A stretch of 64,000 nucleotides of DNA. Origin: a virus (lineage: Duplodnaviria > Caudoviricetes). Of this stretch, positions 8,343 through 15,001 are shown in pieces (the stretch's first letter is position 1; each line of letters opens with the position of its first letter). Under the pieces are notes generated by a model. It was not told the DNA's origin, made no database searches, and saw only the letters and a list, made by a program, of their open reading frames with translations. The translations under genes and the position numbers were made by a program. The DNA lies in IMG/VR virus record IMGVR_UViG_3300020045_001604, positions 9,788 through 73,787 of that record; one strand, given 5' to 3'.

Positions 8343-8612
8343 TATGATCGTGTACGGAATATCGTTGATTAGCATTGTGTAACCGGCTCCCTTATCATAA
8401 TATATAAAGTCCCCTTCTTTTACACAGTCTACATTGGTGCCAGGTCGAATGACCTGGCCTTTTTTGTAGCGAAACTTTTCGTTATCACTTCCTGACAGCA
8501 GCAGTCCAGAGTCTGTCTGGATCTGCTCGTCAATCGCGTTTATTACTATGTACTTATTTATTGGTTGAAATTTACTCATTTTGTTTTCTGATGTGTTATT
8601 AGCTGTCCACAT
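8313..8612 (-). CDS. groES: Co-chaperonin GroES
   Basis: FQPINKYIVI...TDSGLLL...KGQVIRPG...VKEGD.IYY; adjacent to groEL. Confidence 0.85.
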   Translation of the reverse strand: MWTANNTSENKMSKFQPINKYIVINAIDEQIQTDSGLLLSGSDNEKFRYKKGQVIRPGTNVDCVKEGDFIYYDKGAGYTMLINDIPYTIILERDVVVVL

Positions 8613-8613
8613 G

Positions 8614-10218
8614 TTATGCTCTTGCCATTGTTATAATTGCGTTAGTACTAAGCACTGTTGTCGATACTGATACGGCATTCTTCAGCGCGTTCTTTGTTAC
8701 CTTTAATGGATCGATTACTCCCATCTTGTACATGTCGCCGGTTGTCATGTTCTTGATATCGAATCCGACAGTGTATCCTTGACATCCTTCCATCAACTCG
8801 TATCCGTCTAGTCCTGCATTCTCGAATATCTGTAGTAGTGGTGCCTGAATGGCTCTTGCCACAATATGCATTGCCGCGTACTGCTCGGCGCTGATGTCTT
8901 CGATCATGTCGTCTGCATCTGCAATGATCGCGTACGACTCGTTGAACAGCGCTACTCCACCACCAGGTAAGATGCCCTCCTCCAGTGCAGATCGTACCGC
9001 GCATACTGCGTCGTCTACCCTGTCCTTGCGTTCTTTCTGTTCTAGGTCAGAGTTTCCTCCGACGTGAATCACGGCAATTCCACCTGTCAAGCTGGCGATA
9101 CGCTCCTTGATAAAGTCCTGGTCATTCTTTTTATTACTCAAGTCGTGAGCCTGCCATAACTGAGCTACTCTTTCTTCTACCACGTCAGTGGTCGATTCTG
9201 ATTTTATAATTGACGCCGATTCCCTTCCAACGATTACACGCTTAGCCTTACCAAGTGACTCGATTGTCATAAGGCTCAGGTCGTCTCCAGTCTGTTCTGA
9301 GAAGTACTTAGCACCTACTGCCAACGCGATGTCGTTCATCAGTTCGTTTCTCTTGTAACCAAACTCAGGCGGTGTGATGTTACAGAACTTAAGTCCTTTC
9401 TGCACTACGTTGATTGCCAGTGTGTTAATTACGTTTTGACTGCACGGACCGATGATCAATAGTTTTTTTCCTGTTTGGATTACGTCTCTAAGTACATTCT
9501 CGATCGATAGGATGTTGTTGATCTCCTGATCCGTAACCAGAATGTGTACGTCCTCTAGTATGCACTCGTCCTTTCTGTGGTCGTTAACGAATAGTTGTGA
9601 CGTGTATCCTCTGTTTACTTTGATACCGTTGGTGTACTCGCAGTAGGTCTCGGCCGTCTGTGAGTTTTCAACCGTTACGATACCGGTCTTGCCCACCTTG
9701 TCGTACGCTTCAGAGATCAAGTTACCAATCTCAGAGTCGTTGTTGGCAGATATCGACGCCACGTTGTTCAACGTCTTGCCCGTTACCTTTTTTGAGCGCT
9801 TCTCTAGTCGACTGATTAACTTGTTTGTTGTGTCGTTGATCTGTCTGATCACCTCTGTTGTGTTCAGGTTACTAGTGATCATGTCCTGACCGTGCTTTAC
9901 CAGTGCCTCTGTTAGTACGATAGCCGTTGTGGTACCGTCACCAGCGCTTGTCGCGGTGCGGTCGGCCGCCTCTTTCATCATCTTTACTGCCAGGTTCTCT
10001 ACCGGGTCTAGTAGGTCAATTGATTTAGCAACTGTTACGCCGTCCTTAGTTACTGTAATACCGTGCGTGTGGTTTATCGACTCGATTAGTACGGTCTTTC
10101 CGCGCGGTCCTAGTGTGCTCTTTACTGCCTTGGCAATCGTGGTGATGCCGTTGATTAGTTTTTCTCGTCCTTCTTGTTCAAAGTCTAGAACTTTTGGACT
10201 GTATCCGAAGTTTGTCAT
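8614..10218 (-). CDS. groEL: Chaperonin GroEL
   Basis: TLGPRG, VTKDGVTVAK, AGDGTTTA, GILPGGGVAL, GVIDPLKV motifs; no GGM tail. Confidence 0.97.
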   Translation of the reverse strand: MTNFGYSPKVLDFEQEGREKLINGITTIAKAVKSTLGPRGKTVLIESINHTHGITVTKDGVTVAKSIDLLDPVENLAVKMMKEAADRTATSAGDGTTTAIVLTEALVKHGQDMITSNLNTTEVIRQINDTTNKLISRLEKRSKKVTGKTLNNVASISANNDSEIGNLISEAYDKVGKTGIVTVENSQTAETYCEYTNGIKVNRGYTSQLFVNDHRKDECILEDVHILVTDQEINNILSIENVLRDVIQTGKKLLIIGPCSQNVINTLAINVVQKGLKFCNITPPEFGYKRNELMNDIALAVGAKYFSEQTGDDLSLMTIESLGKAKRVIVGRESASIIKSESTTDVVEERVAQLWQAHDLSNKKNDQDFIKERIASLTGGIAVIHVGGNSDLEQKERKDRVDDAVCAVRSALEEGILPGGGVALFNESYAIIADADDMIEDISAEQYAAMHIVARAIQAPLLQIFENAGLDGYELMEGCQGYTVGFDIKNMTTGDMYKMGVIDPLKVTKNALKNAVSVSTTVLSTNAIITMARA

Positions 10219-10241
10219 TATGTATTAGATTTAATTCTCGA

Positions 10242-10249
10242 CAAATATA
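10242..10249 (-). promoter_or_regulatory. -7 box TATATTTG for groEL-groES
   Basis: TAnnTTTG about 24 nt upstream of the ATG. Confidence 0.65.
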
Positions 10250-10271
10250 CATATTATTTATTAAAAACAAA

Positions 10272-10289
10272 AGCACCCGTTAGGGTGCT
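10272..10289 (-). terminator. Intrinsic terminator
   Basis: agcaccc-taac-gggtgct followed by tttgttttt on the minus strand. Confidence 0.65.
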
Positions 10290-10327
10290 CGTTCTAAACA
10301 AAAATGTTTAGGCAAAGAATGGATTTT

Positions 10328-10513
10328 CTATTTCTTTTTCCTGAATGACATTGTCGGCATAGTCTTAGCTAGGTTAATGGCGTTAGCCATCGTCATAGAT
10401 TTTTCCATCATCTCTTTAGCCTCGTGCATGGTCTTTTTAGCCTTGGCCATTCTGTACAATCCGATCTCCTGTGTTGGCATCGGCTTGTTGTTGTTTTCTA
10501 GTTTTATTCCCAT
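10328..10513 (-). CDS. Met/Lys-rich hypothetical protein
   Basis: ORF track; overlaps the upstream stop. Confidence 0.55.
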   Translation of the reverse strand: MGIKLENNNKPMPTQEIGLYRMAKAKKTMHEAKEMMEKSMTMANAINLAKTMPTMSFRKKK

Positions 10514-10644
10514 CTTATGTGTATACTTATAAATGTTAGATATATTATTAACTCTCCGTAGTCGAACTCCTCGTCCTTACCGTAATATCCCCATCCAATT
10601 GCTGGACCGATATTGAATCTTGATTGAATTTCTATTTCTGTCAT
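10504..10644 (-). CDS. 46-aa hypothetical protein (not in ORF track)
   Basis: MTEIEIQSRFNIGPAIGWGYYGKDEEFDYGELIIYLTFISIHIRWE; TACCTTTG box just upstream. Confidence 0.55.
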   Translation of the reverse strand: MTEIEIQSRFNIGPAIGWGYYGKDEEFDYGELIIYLTFISIHIRWE

Positions 10645-10648
10645 GCTA

Positions 10649-10656
10649 CAAAGGTA
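10649..10656 (-). promoter_or_regulatory. -7 box TACCTTTG
   Basis: Matches TAnnTTTG. Confidence 0.5.
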
Positions 10657-11012
10657 ATAAAATTATTTGATTGTTATTATACACAAAATGTCTAGGAATG
10701 TCTAGAATATCGAACATTGTTCATTATATTTGAATGTTCATTGACAATGAACGCTGATTTTAAATGAACAGGTTACCCACCTGTATAATAACGGCAATTA
10801 TCGCCGGTATTTGCCAACTTTATATGCGGTATAGTGCATTTATTGTTGGGAAAAGTACTCTCCTATATGTTATAGCATATAAAAATGTATTATATCGCAT
10901 TATTATATGTAAAAGCATCGGCGCCCGGGACTGCCCAGGCCTAAACCGATGCCTTAAATAAACGACCTTCGCTGGGACGCTGTTCTACGGGTAGCGTCGA
11001 AGGTACTGTTTG

Positions 11013-11086
11013 TGGTCCCACATGGGCTCGAACCATGGACATCCTGATTATGAGTCAGACGCTCTAACCAACTGAGCTATGGGACC
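11013..11086 (-). tRNA. tRNA with CAT anticodon, most likely tRNA-Ile2 (lysidine type); CCA not encoded
   Basis: GGTCCCA/TGGGACC acceptor, GCTCAGTTGGTTAGAGC D-arm, TCTGA-CTCATAA-TCAGG anticodon arm, TTCGAGC T-loop; C4/C5 acceptor pairs as in TilS substrates. Confidence 0.9.
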
Positions 11087-11212
11087 GGTTGCCTTTTTGA
11101 ACGACGTCGAGAAAGCTAACTCTATCTCCTATACGATGAGAACAACCTCTTGCGCACTGATCTTACGGGAAGTGTGTTGTGTTTTACGATCCCCTCGCGA
11201 GCGGGGCTTTTG

Positions 11213-11292
11213 TGATTGAGGTGAGATTCGAACTCACATATCACCAGTATATTTTTCAATACTGGCTGCCTAAACCGTTCAGCCACTCAATC
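11213..11292 (-). ncRNA. tRNA-like RNA with over-long anticodon arm
   Basis: GATTGAG/CTCAATC acceptor, GTGAG-TTCGAAT-CTCAC T-arm, GCTGAACGGTTTAGGC D-arm; anticodon arm GCCAGTAT-TGAAAAAT-ATACTGGT (8 bp plus 8-nt loop). Confidence 0.75.
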
Positions 11293-11398
11293 TCCACTAA
11301 GGCAGCGGCGTCCTTAGTCGCACTTTTCAGGTGATCAGCCTGGAGGTTTTGTTTTAGCCCGGGTGTATTTAACCTCTTAAACCAGGATCCGCTTATCG

Positions 11399-11501
11399 AG
11401 ACCGAGACAGGATTCGAACCTGTAAGAGTTAATATCTCAACACAGTTGTGCTTACTTTACACCAATACTTTCTGCAATGTTTACCATTCCATCACTCGGT
11501 C
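11399..11501 (-). ncRNA. Class II tRNA-like RNA with expanded, irregular anticodon arm
   Basis: GACCGAG/CTCGGTC acceptor, ACAGG-TTCGAAT-CCTGT T-arm, GATGGAATGGTAAACAT D-arm, GTTGA-GATA-TTAAC variable hairpin; about 34-nt anticodon domain with no canonical 7-nt loop. Confidence 0.75.
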
Positions 11502-11657
11502 ATTTGCGGTTCGTTGCCTCTTTATACTTGCACCGCTAGACAAGTCTCATAACCGTCGGACAACTACGTCGAGAGTTTAATATTCACTGCAACTCACAAG
11601 CGTTCCCTAACATCAGAGACCAATCTTACAAGTTTAACGTGCATGTAAGAGCACTGT

Positions 11658-11879
11658 TTATTGTACAACTTTAATTACGTTACCGTTTTTACTGATGACT
11701 ACGGTCAAGTCGAACTGCTTGTCCAGGTAGTTCATTATCTCGTGAATGTCCCCGTTCATAAAGAACATGTGGAAGTGATTGAAGTGAATGTTCCTACCCG
11801 TCTTCTCTACAAAGTAACGATGGAACCAGCTGATCGGCATGTCGTCCTGCGTTCGTAACTTAATGTATTCGTATTTCAT
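11658..11879 (-). CDS. Hypothetical protein
   Basis: ORF track; TATATTTG box at 11884-11891. Confidence 0.7.
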   Translation of the reverse strand: MKYEYIKLRTQDDMPISWFHRYFVEKTGRNIHFNHFHMFFMNGDIHEIMNYLDKQFDLTVVISKNGNVIKVVQ

Positions 11880-11883
11880 TTGG

Positions 11884-11891
11884 CAAATATA
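11884..11891 (-). promoter_or_regulatory. -7 box TATATTTG, probably driving the ORF plus tRNA cluster
   Basis: Matches TAnnTTTG. Confidence 0.6.
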
Positions 11892-12184
11892 AATATTATT
11901 TTCGATTGCCGCAAGACTTTTTTAAAAAATGTTAGATATGTGGGGGGTTTGGGTTATATATAGATATTGCGGATGGGATGCCAAAACGAAAACGACTTAA
12001 AAATCGATGGTGGGGGTGTGATTTCATTGGACTTGCCGAGAATTTTTGGCTTTTTCTGGACTGCCCTACCCCTACACGCAGGTGTCTACTATATCACGCG
12101 CATACACGTACTACTATACGCGCACGTACACGTACCTATAGTTCACTTTTTTTACCGAGAGTAAACGATCTGATCCATACCAAA

Positions 12185-12454
12185 CTATTCCAGTCGTTTA
12201 CGTTTCTGATATAATCTATCTCTCTCGTTGATACGTTCTTTGTTATCAATCTTATACTGCTTATCATACTCTCTCTTTAATTCCTTGCGCGAGTCTCTGT
12301 ATTGTTTTAATCGTTCCTTATTGTCAACACCAAAGTCTTTGAAATAACTTTTATCACACGTCTTGCAAATAGGTCTCAATCCGTCAACCTTACTTTTGTC
12401 CTTTCTGAAATTCGTAGCATCACTTTCAATACTACATTTTGTACATTTTTTCAT
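12185..12454 (-). CDS. Zn-finger (CxxC..CxxC) plus basic helix; resembles the N-terminus of endonucleases without a nuclease domain
   Basis: MKKCTKC...FRKDKSK.DGLRPICKTC; TATCTTTG box at 12471-12478 places the start at 12454. Confidence 0.55.
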   Translation of the reverse strand: MKKCTKCSIESDATNFRKDKSKVDGLRPICKTCDKSYFKDFGVDNKERLKQYRDSRKELKREYDKQYKIDNKERINERDRLYQKRKRLE

Positions 12455-12489
12455 ACCATTTATTTTTGTGCAAAGATACAACATATGTC

Positions 12490-12790
12490 TATATGACGAT
12501 TAAGCACCTAATCCATGACAAACTATGACGAAATATGACGCCAAATGACAAGATTTAAAATAATTGTCATGGCGCTAGGCCACGCCAGTAAAGGAAAGTT
12601 TACGAAATATGACGCCATGACGTTTTTATTCCTATATAGGGCTATATACGTTTTTATATATATATTATTTTTTTTTTAAATGCATTTAGGATAGTAAAAA
12701 TCGACATAACGTCATAAAACGTTAATTATCAGTTAGTTAACGAAAAAAACTCGACATAAAATCGACATAAATTTCCAAAACTCGACATAA
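12490..12790. repeat. Short-repeat cluster around an AT-rich core; replication origin candidate
   Basis: Many ATGAC(G) copies including 16-bp direct repeat ACGAAATATGACGCCA (12528, 12602); TCGACATAA x4 (12701, 12751, 12762, 12782); poly-T/TA tract about 12650-12680. Confidence 0.55.
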
Positions 12791-13109
12791 TCCCAGTGTT
12801 TACGGGACTTCCCGCGTCATGAGATTATTTGCGTGTGAATTGGTTTATGCGTAGATATACAGAGACTTGAAATAGCCCACGTCCAAACCTTCCCCACACA
12901 AATCCAATAGTAAGCAAATACAATCCGTAAAACACTGATAATCAATACATTAAACAAACTTCGTTATTTTTTGTTGAATAATTGTCAATATCAACACAAA
13001 TCTGTTGCATTATTCTCATCAAAATAATCAATTCACTGAGAATGTCATAAAAATTAGAACAAAATCAAAAATAATTAAACTTTTATTTTTTTATTCAAAA
13101 CTAACGGCG

Positions 13110-13117
13110 TAGGTTTG
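13110..13117 (+). promoter_or_regulatory. -7 box TAGGTTTG, putative major early promoter
   Basis: TAnnTTTG preceded by an AT-rich stretch, at the start of the 21-kb + strand block. Confidence 0.6.
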
Positions 13118-13320
13118 TCCTGTTCAAATGAGCGACTGGAGTTAACCAGTTATTAAATCGGGTGTTAGGCTTCCCTATTAGCAAGTAGCGAGACCACAGC
13201 GATAAAGTGGCGGGAGTCAAACAAGACTATAAAATTGGGTGTAGCTACTCTGGAATATGCGGTCAAAGTAATCCGCGAAGTCCGAAGCTACGATACTGCC
13301 AACTACATAGGCAAAGGTCG

Positions 13321-13377
13321 TTGACGTATATGGATGTGTTATCCATACTGATGAGTCGCAGAACGACGAAACGTTAA
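13321..13377 (+). ncRNA. Hammerhead ribozyme, type III (HH1); predicted cleavage after A13328 (GUA)
   Basis: ttgacgt|a|tatggat-gtgtt-atccata|CTGATGA|gtcg-cagaa-cgac|GAA|acgttaa: all three stems and full core. Confidence 0.9.
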
Positions 13378-13386
13378 TTACTTATT

Positions 13387-13623
13387 ATGAAAGCAGAAAT
13401 TTTAAAAGCAGTAGAAAACAATAAAAAAGTAATAGTATATGATTTAATTTTTACATCATTCAGAAATTGGAATGGAGAAAGAGAGTATAAAATGCAAAGT
13501 GATAGAAATAGAGATAAATGGAAAACTTATGATTCAGAAAAAGAATATATAAAGGCAATAATGCAAAGAGTAAATTATTACATCAAAAGAGGATTTCCTA
13601 ATGTAATAGAAATTCAAGGTTAA
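13387..13623 (+). CDS. Hypothetical early protein between HH1 and HH2
   Basis: ORF track; stop codon lies in stem I of HH2. Confidence 0.75.
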   Translation: MKAEILKAVENNKKVIVYDLIFTSFRNWNGEREYKMQSDRNRDKWKTYDSEKEYIKAIMQRVNYYIKRGFPNVIEIQG

Positions 13624-13667
13624 CTGACGAGTCTTAAATAGACGAAACGCCGAGAGGCGTCTTAACC
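13618..13667 (+). ncRNA. Hammerhead ribozyme, type I (HH2); predicted cleavage after C13661 (GUC)
   Basis: ggttaa|CTGACGA|gtct-taaat-agac|GAA|acgcc-gaga-ggcgt|c|ttaacc. Confidence 0.92.
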
Positions 13668-13683
13668 AATTAAATTAATTATT

Positions 13684-13935
13684 ATGAATTCAATATCAAA
13701 AACACATAGAGGATGTACTTACTTTGGAAGTTCTGAAGAAGCGATAAATAAAACAATACAGGAAGCAGAATTTCAACGCTCAATTTTTTATAGAAGCAGC
13801 GTATATGCTTACTCTTGTTTTGCTAGATTATTAAATGACAACTCAGTAGAATTTACAGAATCTTTTAATAACGGAGAGCGTCGTAAAACATCTAACTTTA
13901 AAAGTAAAGATGATTTTTGGAATAGCAAAGGTTAA
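13684..13935 (+). CDS. Hypothetical early protein between HH2 and HH3
   Basis: ORF track; stop codon lies in stem I of HH3. Confidence 0.75.
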   Translation: MNSISKTHRGCTYFGSSEEAINKTIQEAEFQRSIFYRSSVYAYSCFARLLNDNSVEFTESFNNGERRKTSNFKSKDDFWNSKG

Positions 13936-13980
13936 CTGACGAGATCTAAATGATCGAAACGGGCACTGCCCGTCTTAACC
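13930..13980 (+). ncRNA. Hammerhead ribozyme, type I (HH3); predicted cleavage after C13974 (GUC)
   Basis: ggttaa|CTGACGA|gatc-taaat-gatc|GAA|acgggc-act-gcccgt|c|ttaacc; compensatory changes relative to HH2 in stems II and III. Confidence 0.92.
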
Positions 13981-13999
13981 AATTTAATTATTTAACATC

Positions 14000-14095
14000 A
14001 TGACAAAATCACAAAAGCAAGGTAGACTATACCTACAGGTAACAATCGTATTAGTAATAGTAATCTTTAATCTACTAGCATATGCAGTATCATAG
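14000..14095 (+). CDS. 31-aa single-TM peptide after HH3 (not in ORF track)
   Basis: MTKSQKQGRLYLQVTIVLVIVIFNLLAYAVS; AT-rich leader like the other early ORFs. Confidence 0.45.
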   Translation: MTKSQKQGRLYLQVTIVLVIVIFNLLAYAVS

Positions 14096-14318
14096 CAACA
14101 ACGAAATAGAACGTCTATACCTAGACTACGTAAACAACTGGCTAAGCGCAACAAACTGGGCAAGCCACCACGGACTAAACAAGCACCAATCAAATTACAT
14201 CTTAAAAAAAGGCAAATCATTATGGCGACAAAAATCTACAACAAGATAAGCAAGTTCCTATTCGGAGACAACAAGGGCGTAACACAAAGACACTTTTAAT
14301 AATCTAAATTAATTAATC

Positions 14319-14642
14319 ATGAAAGCAACTTTAAACATCGGATTAAACAACAACCCATTGAGCCAAGAGGCAATCATCAACAAGTTAAGAGAGGACTACG
14401 ACATCGACACGTACAAGTTCGGCATCGGACGATACGAGGACGAGCACGAGCCGACTCTTATTGTAGAGCTAGAGAGTACATACGCTAGGACTAGCCACTT
14501 CATTAAGAAGATCGAAGAGTTGTCCACGATACTAACACAGAACTGCATCGCGGTAAGCACAGACCAGTTCGACCTACTAGTGTACGCACAGAACTACAAC
14601 GGACAACGCTACAAGTTTGATAACCAATACTTTATACGATAA
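14319..14642 (+). CDS. Hypothetical protein
   Basis: ORF track. Confidence 0.75.
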   Translation: MKATLNIGLNNNPLSQEAIINKLREDYDIDTYKFGIGRYEDEHEPTLIVELESTYARTSHFIKKIEELSTILTQNCIAVSTDQFDLLVYAQNYNGQRYKFDNQYFIR

Positions 14643-14869
14643 TGACACTACAACTATACCGCAGACAACTATCTAACAACGCGCTGACTATCGACGATGG
14701 TGGTCAGCCGTTCTTTATCCCGAAGAGTTTCGAGCACACGATAGTTAACGACTACCTAGTAGTTGTAGACGTACCGAAGTGGTTCGAGGATAAGCACGAG
14801 GACACGCTAGAGAGAATTAAAACAAGCACCAACCTAACAATAAAAAGACTAGGTGACCATATATCATAA
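14642..14869 (+). CDS. Hypothetical protein
   Basis: ORF track; TAATG coupling. Confidence 0.7.
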   Translation: MTLQLYRRQLSNNALTIDDGGQPFFIPKSFEHTIVNDYLVVVDVPKWFEDKHEDTLERIKTSTNLTIKRLGDHIS

Positions 14870-15001
14870 CTCCTTTCCAACTTTGAAATGTAGGCCGTGT
14901 TGTTGGTTGTATCGCTACGTTTGTATGGTCACTGAATTGGAAAGATTTGAATTCAAGACGTAAAACAACACATAAGTGACTGCTAGGAAAGACTAGCACA
15001 C

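Noticed and set aside
8648-10228. ORFs overlapping groEL in other frames or antisense
   Set aside because: By-products of the GC-richer codon usage of groEL
10915-11012. Theta (HDV-like) ribozyme at the tRNA 3' end
   Set aside because: Hairpins are present but I could not fit the nested double pseudoknot or catalytic C; kept only as unexplained structure
11013-11086. tRNA as a prophage attachment site
   Set aside because: No integrase, no duplicated tRNA 3' end and no host genes in the window
10764-12214. Short + strand ORFs 10764-10961, 11661-11858, 11967-12164, 11978-12214
   Set aside because: Atypical composition, antisense to real genes or lying in repeat/non-coding DNA; no supporting leader
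13240-13300. Twister or pistol ribozyme in the early leader
   Set aside because: Stem pattern is superficially similar but the conserved loop nucleotides and pseudoknot pairings are missing
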